The position numbers were made by a program, and so were the translations under genes. DNA of 64,000 bases from Octopus sinensis (lineage: Eukaryota): positions 69,688,001 through 69,752,000 of the forward strand of contig NC_043001.1 in the NCBI RefSeq assembly GCF_006345805.1, given 5' to 3'. This document shows positions 23,081-34,622 of this stretch, one piece after another (the stretch's first letter is position 1; each line of letters starts with the position of its first letter). The notes below the pieces were generated by a model. It searched no databases, had not been told where the DNA came from, and saw nothing but the letters and a program-made list of their open reading frames with translations.

Positions 23081-24030
23081 CTTTTTTCTTTTACTTGTTT
23101 CTGTCCTTTGACTGTAGCCATGCTAGGGCACGACTTTTAATCGAATTTTAATCGAACAGATTAAAGTTTAAAAAATTTTGAGTCTGCATCTTGTAACCTC
23201 TTATCACTAACTAGAAACATGACTAATACGATTTTCAACATTTTGGAGCATGATAACTACTAAATTTGCAGCATTAGTTCGACCGACATAGAAACACGTA
23301 TAGTTCCATCTATAGACTGTTCCATAGATTATTCCCTATATTCTCACGAGCCAACGAAGGGAGATCACAAATTCTTCTGGTAATGGAGTCCAGTTTTCCC
23401 TCATAACACACCATATCATCATAGAAAACTGACGTATTAGATACAAATACATGATGGTCGCGGCGTATTGTTATGAAAAGTTTTCGATAGTCATGTTCTA
23501 ACTAAGGTTAATTGAAACGAAAAAGATCTGATGAAAACTGATCTTGACCTAAGCGGAAATATGTATATATGACACCCTGTATATATACATACATATATAC
23601 TTTTTTCTTTTACTTGTTTCTGTCCTTTGACTGTAGCCATAAATTTTAATCGAATTTTAATCGAACAGATTGAAGCCAGATATTTCTTAAAGTCTTATAT
23701 TTTCTCCGCTAGGTTACGAGGGCGTAACACACAATCACCGTTTGTCAAGCGGTGATTAGGAGAGAAGCACAGACACAATGAAGTGCGCGCACACACACAC
23801 AATGACGCGCGCGCGCACACACACACACACACACGTACGCACATACACTCATTCCTATATAAATGTATCCGAGAGTATTTTTTCAGTTTCCGTCTACCAA
23901 TCCACTCAGAAGGCTTTGGCTAGATGGATGCTATAGTAGAAGACACTTTCCCAAGATGCCACGCAGTGAGGCTGAATCGGAACAATGTGGTTGAGAAACA
24001 AGCGCCTTGTCACACAGACACATCTGCGCC
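23081..24030 (-). mobile_element. SINE family A (minus), interrupted in its tail
   Basis: Head at ~23870-24030 (..CACATCTGCGCCTA). Tail pieces at 23081-23162 and 23600-23830. Confidence 0.7.
23161..23564 (+). mobile_element. ~400-bp subTIR/hairpin element, copy 2
   Basis: Near-identical to 16600-17008. Flanked by a ~100-115-bp duplication (23048-23162 and 23571-23671). Confidence 0.55.
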
Positions 24031-24084
24031 TATTTACATTCATATATGTATATATACACAGACACACAAACATACATGCATATA

Positions 24085-24126
<42 letters not shown>

Positions 24127-24128
<2 letters not shown>

Positions 24129-24395
24129 CTTCAAATATGAACAAAGAGAAAACACAACAACGCGAGGACGTGGAACAAGTATAGTGTTAAGGAGGCTCAG
24201 GAAAGGAAAGAAAAAAGGATGATTTAACGTTTCGAGTGGAGCTCTTCGTCAGAAACATAGAAAAAGGAAAGGTCCAAGAAAGGGAAGGCGGAGAAAGAAA
24301 ATCGCCAACGATAAACACGCGGTCCCATATTGAAATGAGGGGAATGGGTGAAGAAAAATTTCTTTCAAAGACAGGAGAGAGCAAGAGAAGGAGGT
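24127..24395 (-). mobile_element. PLE-type pseudo-LTR-like repeat carrying a minimal hammerhead motif
   Basis: Abuts (TA)n at 24127 and contains the motif at 24222-24256. A fragment of the same family lies at 51767-51812. Confidence 0.6.
24222..24256 (-). ncRNA. Minimal type I hammerhead motif
   Basis: Minus strand GTTT-CTGACGA-A-GAG(CTCCA)CTC-GAAA-CG-TT-AAAT. Helix I GTTT/AAAT, helix III in the palindrome AACGTT. Confidence 0.7.
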
Positions 24396-24472
24396 ATGTG
24401 TTTGTATGTGTGGGTATGTGCGTGCGCGCAGGTCTGTGTGTGTGTGTGTGCATACGTTTTTAATGAGAACAC

Positions 24473-24508
<36 letters not shown>

Positions 24509-25102
24509 GTGAGATCTGGACACCGCGAGGTGTTCCAGCAGCACGTAACCCAATTTTAGAATGGTTTGAAGTAATCGCGTGGCCGTACGTGGGCTTGCAT
24601 AAATAACACCTAATTTGATAACAGACCTCGGCGTTTGATGCGAATTATTGGCTTCAGTTTAATGGCCAACATTTAGCCAATACAGGTGACTGCGACCCCT
24701 TTTCCAGTTAACATTTCAGAATTGGCGATTTGGAGTCCCTAAAAAACCGTTAACATCACATTTTCGACGGAAGTTTTAGACTTCTATTTATTTTTGCGCT
24801 GGCGAATGAACGTTAGAGATAGTTGAAATGCCTTTTAAGATCTCTATCAGATTCTTCCTGAAATTGCTCATGATAAGTTGTTCATATGACGCTTGAGTGC
24901 CTGGCTGTTCTCCCAAAACAAGGCCAAGCTATGGAATTTGGGCACTAGCTTACGGTAACCAGGATAAATAAACCGTCGATGTCAGCAATTTCTGCTCCGT
25001 TCTACCTCCCATAAATACGTCAAACGGGAAGTCACCTTCCTTCTTAACCAAGTAGGAACCATCGCTTTAGTGTTAATTCTACACTAACCCACATACACAT
25101 AG

Positions 25103-25260
25103 GCGCGGGTGCGGGCGTGGGTTGCTACCCAACCACATGGTTCCAGTTTCAGTCCCGGTGCTTGGAATACTAAGCTAGTGTGTTCTGCTATAACCTTCGG
25201 CCGACCAAGACTATATCCTTGAATTTGTTTCCTGGAAACTGAAAAAAGCCTGTCCTATAT
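25103..25260 (+). mobile_element. Degenerate SINE family A head and body
   Basis: CCCAACCACATGGTTCCAGTTTCAGTCCC..GGCCGACCAAG..GGAAACTGAAA. Confidence 0.65.
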
Positions 25261-25342
25261 GTATATACATATATATATACACACACATATAATGTATATG
25301 TATATGTATGTATATATATATGTATATCTATCTATGTATTTT

Positions 25343-25399
<57 letters not shown>

Positions 25400-25402
<3 letters not shown>

Positions 25403-26612
25403 TCAGGTCATGGATAAAATAATTTAATACACCTAGCATCATAGCATCATAATTTTGAAATATCTATAAAACCGTCAAAAGCATGTTTATTTTTAATCTT
25501 TTTGATTTATTATTAGTGTTGCTAAATATTTTGCTAAAATTGCTGCTTCGTTTCAGATATCATCAAAAACATGTAATTAAAATTCATTAAAACGACAGAT
25601 CTATCGAAGTTCCAAAGTTGTAAAATTGTTGTTGCTTGGATGGCAGACGCTAGCGTAAGGAAAACAGCCAAAATGTTTGGGGTATCAAGAAGTACTGTCT
25701 CGAAAGTTATGACACCTTTTAAGAAAGAGGGAAAAACCTCTTGTCGAAAAGGAAGGAAACCAAAACTTTCAGATAGGCTTAATGAACACCTCGAAAACCA
25801 AGATTCCACAAAACTGTCCGCCGGAAGCTGTACAAAGCCGGATTTCACAAGAGGGCTGCAATCAGAAAATCACTATTTTCAGAAACAAAGCGGCACAGCG
25901 TTTTGATTGGATTGGAACCCTTGAGAATTGGTCCCCAGAGCAGTGGAAGAACATTATTTTGCGGGCGAGTCATCCCTTACCTTATCTCCGACCACCGGCC
26001 GAGTATGTATGTGGAGACAGCCAAAAGAAGCATTTGACCCAGACTGCCTTCCTCCAACTGTTAAACATGGAGGAGGATCTGTGATTATTTGGGTTTGGGC
26101 TATATCTTGGAAATGCGCAAGCTCAATATTTTCCCTTCATGGTAGAATTAACAGTCAAGACTATTTAAACATTTTAACTGTTCAAATTCATCCTATGGCT
26201 GCGGAATTGTTACCAGAAGGAAGCGCAAAAATAATCTTTCAGGATAATAATGCACTAATTTACCCAGCTAAATTGTTACTGAATGGCACGTGGAACATTC
26301 TAGTGTAGTTGAACATCTTTTCTGGCCACCACAACCCCCAGATCTCAAAATTATTGAACATTTATGGTGCATTTTAGAAAAACAAGTAAGGTGTCGATAT
26401 CCTCCAGCATCATCACTATAAGAACTGGAGCCTTTTAGCGGAATAATGGAAAAAAATTTGTTGGAGACAATTCAAACTTTGTACGAGTCCATGCCTTGTA
26501 GAGTTCAAGCTGTAATTACTGCCAAAGGCGGTCCTACCTTATATTAAAATAATTTGTTTGAAATTTGAATACTGAAATTTTAAGCTGTTTCCATTACTTT
26601 GTCCAAGTCCTG

Positions 26613-26614
<2 letters not shown>
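25400..26614 (+). mobile_element. Decayed Tc1-like (DD34E-type) transposon
   Basis: HTH SVRKTAKMFGVSRSTVSKV, TVKHGGGSVIIW, FQDNNA and WPPQPPDLKIIEHLW. Degenerate TIRs between (TA)n tracts. Confidence 0.88.
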
Positions 26615-26656
<42 letters not shown>

Positions 26657-27989
26657 TTATTTATGGGTGTGTTAATCTGTTAAGTTTGTGTATTTCTGAA
26701 TGTAAATTTATATTTTTTCTATGCGTTTACATTATAACTTCCTGTATCTGTGTACATGTTATATAAACCGTTTTGTTTTTGCGAGTGTGCATCTGTATTC
26801 ATATATGTATATCTTTGGTACACGTATACATATATATGTTTTTTATGATAATTTTCGTTTGTGAATGATATTGCTTTGCATTACCTGTGTGTACATATGT
26901 TTATCGACATTTTAATGCAATTTTTGACGTCGGAATTCAACAGTGAATATCACTATATATGTTTCTTTTTTCGTAAACACATACATACACGCGTACATTC
27001 ATTGATATATTAATATACACACACACAAATAGAGAGAAAGAGAGAGAGAGAGTGAGAGAGAGAGAAATGTCAGTATATATTTCTATATTTATGTCTTACC
27101 ATATGTACATATGTATATAAGAGTATACATTTTTCTTTGATTACTTATACGTTTCTGATCACATAACAATCCCCTTTATTCCTCTATGATATATCTAATT
27201 ACATATAAAAGAGCTATCAATCAGAAATATATTAGAAATTGTTCTCATACTTTGAGTCTCAAACATAATTTTAAAATGAAATAGAATTTTTAACTGAACT
27301 TGCAAATCTAAGAAAAAAAAAGGAACATTGAAAACAGAGCATCTGGTTTTCTTTATAGCTTTCTTGTCATTGTTATAGCAAATTCGATTATCGTTAACTA
27401 TATAGAATACGTTCGCTGCGTATGAAATATAAAAAAAATGTGATGTAAATCAACATTCAGACAGAACAAACATTGAAGCAAAATTCATTTACGAAAATAA
27501 TATAATTCCATTCTGGGAATAATGATTCCTTCACTCAAAGATTTGTGTTATTCTAGATCGATTTAACTATTCTGTTAAATCACTCAAGCTTACATCTTAG
27601 AAAACATCAGATATTTTCCTAGCCAAATATTATTAACTTATACCGAAAGTAATAGAGTGTAGTTCAGAATTTCACACTGTAACATATCATTCCGGGATCG
27701 AATCGAATTAACTTTTCTATTGCTTTAGTCTGTATATATGTATATAGTGCAATGGTTAATTCTTCATTGAAACCTTTTTCACTGTTCTCCTTTCTGTTAA
27801 CGGCTAGGCGTTCAGGCAAGTATACAGGCATTGATGTAGCAACATTTGAAATGTTGTCCAGGTAAATCTAGATGAAGAAGACTAATCAAATTTACGATAA
27901 CAAACGTATTTGAAGAGTCCGAAAACTAGGTACTATATTATCCGATTCCGGGTTGTCCATTTAACTTATGTTCTTCCTATATATATTGG

Positions 27990-30230
27990 ATGAGTTGGTC
28001 AATAAATCCACTGACGTTGATCTCTGTTATTGATAATATACCTGAAATACCAACAAAACATCTTTTAGTAGAGGTTTCAAACCTGGCTATAATAAAAGCG
28101 GCGATCGGTAAATTGAAAAATAGAAAGACTTCTGGTGCGGATGGATTAGGTGCAAATATATGCACATATGGTGGTGAACATCACTTCAATACTCTATAAA
28201 TCGAAAGGTGAAAAGGATGTCTGTGATAACTTTCGCGTTATCTCTCTGTTAGCTGTCGCTGGAAGAGTTCATTGTAGGGTAATGGTGGATAGATTGCTCC
28301 TGCACATTGCCCATCAATTTCTACGTGAATCACAAATGGGTAGTAGGAGTTCTATGGATTTTTTCAGCTGGACAGTTACAAGAGAACTATTTCGAACAGG
28401 ATATGGACTTATATAAGATTTTTATTGATCTGACGAAAGCGTTTGGTTCTGGAAATAGTTACACTTTGGGAGATCCAGAAAAAAAGCCAGGATGTCCTTA
28501 AAATTTATGAGAATGCTTAGAAAATTTCATGACAAGATCCAAAGCTATCTTCCTGCTCCTACATTGTTTGCTCTGCATTTTACAATAGTCATCGAAAAAG
28601 CTTTCCAAAATTGCGCAGAAGGTGTCTATATAAAATATAGGACAGCGGGAAAACTTTTGAACCTCCAAAGATTTAGTGTCAAAACAAAAGTTCTTCATTC
28701 TCACATCATTGAGTTCTTGTATGCATTTAATTGTGACCTGCGATTTCAGCATCGTGTAGAGCATTGGACCTTACTGTCAACTTGAAAAAAAAAAAAAACA
28801 GTTCTAATGTACGATCGTGCCTCCTCTAAACTTTATGTGGAACCTTCTATAAATGTGAATGATCAAATGTTAGAAGTTGTTACCAAATTCATTTATTTTG
28901 GAAGTACTTTGAGCACTGCTGGTCTGGATGATGAAATTTCATATAGAATCAGCAAAGCTAGTAGTGCCTTTGATATGCTTAACAGGCGTCTCTAGCCATA
29001 GTATATCTTCCCAAATTAAAGTTAGGATTTATAACACACGTATCCTGCCATCTTTGCTAGGTTGTTTATCGTTGGCAGTTAAAGCATTTGAAACGATATC
29101 ATAAATATTTTCTCATTCTTTTATTTGTTTCAGTCATTTGACTGCGGTCATTCTGGAGCACCGCCTTTAGTCGAGCAAATCGACACTAGGACTTATTCTT
29201 TGTAAGATTAGTACTTATTCTATCTGTCTCTTTTGCCGAACCGCTTAGTTACGGGCACGTAAACACGCCAGCATCGGTTGTCAAGCGATGTTGGCGGGAC
29301 AAACACAGACACACAAACATATAGACACACATACATATATATACATATATATGATGGGCTTCTTCCATTTTCCGTCAACCAGATCCACTCACAAGGCTTT
29401 GGTGTACCCGAGGAGATAGTAGAAGACACTTGCCCAAGGTGTCACACAGCAGGACTGAACCCGGAACAAGCTACTGACCACACAGCCACTCCGTAGGAAA
29501 ATTCTTGGGATAAATTGGAAAATGGTCATCAGTGATTTGGAGGTACTTGAGAGAAGTGGTAGTAGAAAAGTAGAATCAATGATTCTGCAAAGTCGTTTGA
29601 GGTGGGGTGGACATCTGATAAGAATGAATGATGAAAGTCTTCCCAAGCGACTTTTGTATGATGAGATAGAAGATGGTAGGTGGCAAGCACATAAACCCAA
29701 AATGAGTTATGAGAACTGACTCAGAATGGCTCTGACACAGACAGGAATTTTGGGAGAGGGGTACACAAGACCGCCGAAATGGCTGGAGGAGGAGAGTGCA
29801 CAGTGAATGTTCGAGGTTTGAAAGAGAGAGAATGAAGCACAAGAAGATTAGGAGAAGGCTTAGAAGGAATGAAACTGTGGAGTTTTGGCTTTTGGGTGCG
29901 TGGTTTGTGTGTGCTGGGGGGGGGGAGGTGCTTGAGTCGTGCGGGCCTGGGTAGCCATCAGACAACTCACAGGATTCGAACCATGGTAAATTGTGATATG
30001 GCTATTGTTCAGAACAGAACATGTGCAACATGTGGAAAGACGTGGCTCTCAGTTGGAAGACTGAAAAAGCATGTCAAAAGAGTTCATACAGTAGCGCCTG
30101 TTCTCTCTGCCAGCCAGAACATCATCACAGTTGTATATTATGTAACAGAATGTGCAACACTTACACCGAGCTCAAGAGTCATAGAGGGGGGGTCACATTT
30201 CATCAACAATGATTCATTTCAGTGATTCTT
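27990..30230 (+). mobile_element. Decayed RTE-clade LINE (RT and C-terminal zinc-finger-like motifs)
   Basis: KTSGADG, KSKGEKDVCDNFRVISLL, FIDLTKAF, APTLFALHF, LEVVTKFIYFGS, RLRWGGHLIRM..LPKRLLY and CATCGKTWLSVGRLKKHVKRVH. Many frameshifts. Confidence 0.85.
29117..29494 (-). mobile_element. SINE family A (minus) inserted in the RTE LINE
   Basis: Matches 37251-37657, with an internal deletion in the head. Confidence 0.85.
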
Positions 30231-30281
30231 TCTAGCAATGGCCTTGCTCGTATACGAGAAAGCAGCTATAAAGAATATTAA

Positions 30282-30322
<41 letters not shown>

Positions 30323-30418
30323 ATAAAACGGTAAGATAACAAAAGAAAGAAAGAGACCTCAATATTATGTAAATAGAGGAAATTTATCTATACAATATGT
30401 TACATTACTCGGTAGTCA

Positions 30419-30481
30419 AGATAAAACTCTGAGTTTCAGATGCCGAAGTGGAAATCCACAACACCATCTCTTCGGTTATCT
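30419..30481 (-). ncRNA. Hammerhead-like motif in the PLE pLTR (sense to the ORF), U4C core variant
   Basis: AGATAA-CCGAAGA-GATG..GTGGA(TT)TCCAC..CATC-T-GAAA-CTCAGAG-TT-TTATCT. Helix I is a perfect 6 bp. Confidence 0.65.
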
Positions 30482-30684
30482 GGCTATTTGAAAACGTTAT
30501 GAAAAAATACCGTTAAAAATGAAGGGAAATTACTCTGTTATAACTCTGCTTTGCCTGCGTACTTATACATCGCTCGCATTTTTCGTCATAAAAATTATAT
30601 AAAAATACATAAAAATATATAAATATATAAAAATATATAAAATCTTCTTGGGACATAACACAGAAAGCATGTTCTATCCATTCT

Positions 30685-31340
30685 TTAGGGGACCAAACGT
30701 AACAGAAATTTAGTCACATGTGGGCATGATCCGAAAAGCTCTGTCCTTGTATTTAGACATGTGGTAGGGTCTAAGCTGCTTTTCCAGATAAGCCATCTCT
30801 CCATGTCGCATAAACCGCACCTTCCGCTGCCGTTAGTATAGGGCTTACATCTGGCCAAAATCTTCCATTGTATGTTATAATCGACACCTTTATCTCTTAA
30901 AGACCAAATATGATTGGATAATTGTGTCGCTTTTCTTTTGTTCCAGTGCCTAAAGCTCAAAGTGTGGTTATTGAACCTGGCCTTGAAATTACCCTCTGTC
31001 AGGCCCACGTATTTCTTCGTCGAAACGGTGTCTTTAGTGGTTATAGAGTTTACGGTAGCTTCATATATGATGGTCTTGGACATGCAAGCTCCATTTAGCG
31101 GGCACAATTCTTTATTCCTGCATGAACAGCTGTTTTCTTCTTGTGTTTTTTTATGTTATGATTGATTATGTTTTTAAAATTGGTAGTTGAACTAAAACTA
31201 ATTTTTAAATTGTGTCTATTAAAGAGTTTCCTATAAGCATGGTTAACTGGAAAATGTCTATCTATCAGTGCTAGGAAATATTTACCTATATTGAAGGCCA
31301 CCTCGGGTGAGTAAGGGGGCGTAAACCAGATGACCTTCCT
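30685..31340 (-). pseudogene. PLE ORF C-terminus: linker and GIY-YIG endonuclease, frameshifted
   Basis: RKVIWFTPPYS..NIGKYFLALIDRHFP..KLFNRHNLKISFS, then CPLNGAC..IIYEATV..KYVGLTEGNFKARFNNH..TQLSNHIW..CGLCDMER..LNTRTEL. Confidence 0.9.
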
Positions 31341-31424
31341 ATAAGTACGCAGGCAAAGCAGAGTTATAACAGAGTAATTTCCCTTCATTTTTAACGGTAT
31401 TTTTTCATAACGTTTTCAATAGCC

Positions 31425-31487
31425 AGATAACCGAAGAGATGGTGTTGTGGATTTCCACTTCGGCATCTGAAACTCAGAGTTTTATCT
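31425..31487 (+). ncRNA. Second copy of the pLTR hammerhead-like motif, in the inverted segment
   Basis: Identical parse: AGATAA 31425-30, CCGAAGA 31431-37, GAAA 31469-72, TTATCT 31482-87. Confidence 0.65.
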
Positions 31488-31536
31488 TGACTACCGAGTA
31501 ATGTAACATATTGTATATATATATATATATATATAT

Positions 31537-31601
<65 letters not shown>

Positions 31602-31726
31602 TATATATTATATTTATACATATATCGGACAAACCATGCCAGACCACCAGTACCAGCGAATCCAAAAATACAAATGAGATCTAGTATTCTCCTAGTATTT
31701 TCAAATCCAAATCAGAAGAAATCTCT

Positions 31727-31784
31727 GAGCTGATGAAGGAAATGTTGGCGTTTAGTCAACTAATCCAGAAACAGGCTTGTCCTC
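31727..31784 (+). ncRNA. Type I hammerhead motif with GUC cleavage site
   Basis: GAG-CTGATGA-A-GGA[AAT]GTTGGC(GTTTA)GTCAAC[TAA]TCC-A-GAAA-CAGGCTTG-TC-CTC. Helix I extends by ATCTCT/GGG(T)GAT. Predicted cut after 31781. Confidence 0.8.
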
Positions 31785-32289
31785 GGGTGATCTCAAATGG
31801 ATGTGATCTTTCGTTGATTTTTCCCTTATACCTATGTGAGTTATTTCTGAGTATGCATTGTCTGGGAGTCTTTTCTTGCAGTAGAAGAAATAGCCAAATT
31901 TTTGGCTGCTATTTCTAAAAAGCTCGGTATGTGGTAAAGTAAATTATTTTACTTTACCCTATTTTTATAAAGTAATATTTCAAATATACCGTAAAAGGTC
32001 GTTTTACATACCGAACACTGCTCGGTCAAATTAATTAATAATTAAATAATTTTACCCTTTTTTATTGACAATTTAATAATTTCTCCCCAAAAATGTTAAC
32101 TACAGTTTTGCCTCTGTAGGAATGCACTGCTCTGTAACTCACGTGGGTGGACAGGGATAATACTAGATCTCATTTGTATTTTTGGATTCGCTGGTACTGG
32201 TGGTCTGGCATGGTTTGTCCGGTGTTACTCATATCGGACGGGTATGTTTGATTTTTAGTACTTTCAAATCAAAATCAGAAGAAATCTCT

Positions 32290-32347
32290 GAGCTGATGAA
32301 GGAAATGTTGGCGTTTAGTCAACTAATCCAGAAACAGGCTTGTCCTC
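32290..32347 (+). ncRNA. Type I hammerhead motif, second family ii copy
   Basis: Identical to 31727-31784. Confidence 0.8.
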
Positions 32348-32554
32348 GGGTGATCTCAAATGGATGTGATCTTTCGTTGATTTTTCCCTTATACCTATGT
32401 GAGTTATTTCTGAGTATGCATTGTCTGAGAGACTTTTCTTGCAGTAGAAGAAATAGCCAAATTTTTGGCTGCTATTTCTAAAAAGCTCGGTATCTGGTAA
32501 AGTAGATTATTTTACTTTACCCTATTTTTATAAAGTATATATATATATATATAT

Positions 32555-33147
32555 TTATAATTAATCAATATAGGGTAGCAAAAAATTCAGCAGAAATTAT
32601 TTTGCTACCAGCGGTCTAGTGAGAAAAAGGAAATAGTCAGGGACTATTTATAAATTCAACAGCAAATTAAGGAACGGCCATAATAGGCCGTTCAACCCAC
32701 TAGGAATAATAGCCAAGGCTTCAACCGCAAAATAGTAGTAATTCCGTAAATCAGGAGAAAATTAAAAAAACATTTACCCTTTCCACTTTATACAATGCAT
32801 GTTTTATCGTTTTTTAATGGTAAATCAGCCTGATTAAATTAAATCAAGCTAATCTGCCATAGGCCAACAGATTCATCAGTAAAGTAAGCCAGGAGGGAGA
32901 GATATTTACACGAGGCAGCACCACTACCGCTCGGCAATATCTAACCTAAAATTTTCAAAATCATCGTACTCGCGCCAATTTATCGGCAGCAAATATAAGC
33001 TGCCGATTCCAATTCGGAATTAAACAGATCTAGTATTCTCCCTGTCCACCCACGTGAGTTACAGAATAGTGCATTCATACAGAGGCAAAACTGTAGTTAA
33101 CATTTTTGGGGAGAAATATTAAATTGTCAATAAAAAAGGGTAAACTT
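32555..33147 (-). mobile_element. Hairpin-rich non-coding element, family iii, copy 1
   Basis: Stems GTAGCAAAA/TTTTGCTAC, GAACGGCC/GGCCGTTC and ATCGGCAGC/GCTGCCGAT. Shares a ~120-bp module with family ii. Flanked by (TA)n. Confidence 0.7.
32785..32885 (-). ncRNA. Atypical hammerhead-like motif (expanded helix II, GAAA replaced by GATAAA/AAAA)
   Basis: ACTTTA-CTGATGA-[two hairpins]-GATAAA-ACATGCATTGT-A-TAAAGT. Helix I is 6 bp and the site is GUA, but the 3' half of the core is non-canonical. Confidence 0.4.
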
Positions 33148-33568
33148 ATATATATATAATAGACAATTTAACATAATAGTCATTACATATAATTCCTTTA
33201 TTATACAAAAATTGGCTTCCCACTTTTTTCCAGTTGTCATTAGTAATAGGTTTTCTCAATTCGTCTATTGAACTGAGGTGAACTGAAGACCTAAGAAACA
33301 ATAAACAGAGCACTTGAAGAATGGCTATTGTATGGGGAAACCGGGGGAAGTTTGAGATGTTAAGTTGAAAAGGTAAAGGCAGGTACGATGGACTGGTAGC
33401 AATTGAAGGAGCGGTACTTAGTAGAAGTAGCAGTAGTAATATGAGTAGTAGAAATAGTAGTAGGTGTAATAGTAGGAGTATTAGGGACAGTAATGTACAT
33501 AGGTCGGCAACATTACCATATTGGCATTAACCCATAATCTCTCACTGTTTGTTGTCTCTCTCTCACTC

Positions 33569-33599
<31 letters not shown>

Positions 33600-33604
<5 letters not shown>

Positions 33605-34195
33605 ATTAATCAATATAGGGTAGCAAAAAATTCAGCAGAAATTATTTTGCTACCAGCGGTCTAGTGAGAAAAAGGAAATAGTCAGGGACTATTTATAAAT
33701 TCAACAGCAAATTAAGGAACGGCCATAATAGGCCGTTCAACCCACTAGGAATAATAGCCAAGGCTTCAACCGCAAAATAGTAGTAATTCCGTAAATCAGG
33801 AGAAAATTAAAAAAACATTTACCCTTTCCACTTTATACAATGCATTGTTTTATCGTTTTTTAATGGTAAATCAGCCTGATTAAATTAAATCAAGCTAATC
33901 TGCCATAGGCCAACAGATTCATCAGTAAAGTAAGCCAGGAGGGAGAGATATTTACACGAGGCAGCACCACTACCGCTTCGGCAATATCTAACCTAAAATT
34001 TTCAAAATCATCGTACTCGCGCCAATTTATCGGCAGCAAATATAAGCTGCCGATTCCAATTCGGAATTAAACAGATCTAGTATTCTCCCTGTCCACCCAC
34101 GTGAGTTACAGAATAGTGCATTCATACAGAGGCAAAACTGTAGTTAACATTTTTGGGGAGAAATTATTAAATTGTCAATAAAAAAGGGTAAACTT
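33600..34195 (-). mobile_element. Family iii element, copy 2
   Basis: Near-identical to 32555-33147. Atypical HHR-like motif at 33830-33931 with the perfect palindrome ACAATGCATTGT. Confidence 0.7.
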
Positions 34196-34622
34196 ATATA
34201 TATATAATAGACAATTTAACATAATAGTCATTACATATAATTCCTTTATTATACAAAAATTGGCTTCCCACTTTTTTCCAGTTGTCATTAGTAATAGGTT
34301 TTCTCAATTCGTCTATTGAACTGAGGTGAACTGAAAGACCTAAGAAACAATAAACAGAGCACTTGAAGAATGGCTATTGTATGGGGAAACCGGGGGAAGT
34401 TTGAGATGTTTAAGTTGAAAAGGTAAAGGCAGGTACGATGGACTGGTAGCAATTGAAGGAGCGGTACTTAGTAGAAGTAGCAGTAGTAATATGAGTAGTA
34501 GAAATAGTAGTAGGTGTAATAGTAGGAGTATTAGGGACAGTAATGTACATAGGTCGGCAACATTACCATATTGGCATTAACCCATAATCTCTCACTGTTT
34601 GTTGTCTCTCTCTCACTCTCTG

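Larger units (their letters stand above)
30321..31517 (-). mobile_element. 5'-truncated Penelope-like element (GIY-YIG) with a 3' pseudo-LTR and an inverted partial pLTR at its 5' end
   Basis: Coding remnant on the minus strand. 30389-30567 and 31340-31517 are ~178-bp inverted repeats. (TA)n on both sides. Confidence 0.9.
31626..32536 (+). mobile_element. Non-coding hammerhead-bearing element, family ii: ~1.5 monomers of 563 bp with a 67-bp inverted 5' segment
   Basis: 31693-31975 is repeated at ~32257-32536. 31626-31692 is the reverse complement of 32155-32221. Homologous to the 545-bp monomer and flanked by (TA)n. Confidence 0.8.

Noticed and set aside
24505-25090. TA-flanked ~590-bp segment with hairpins and a minus-strand CTGATAGA as another ribozyme element
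   Set aside because: No consistent helix I, helix III or cleavage triplet could be built, and there is no second copy in the window.
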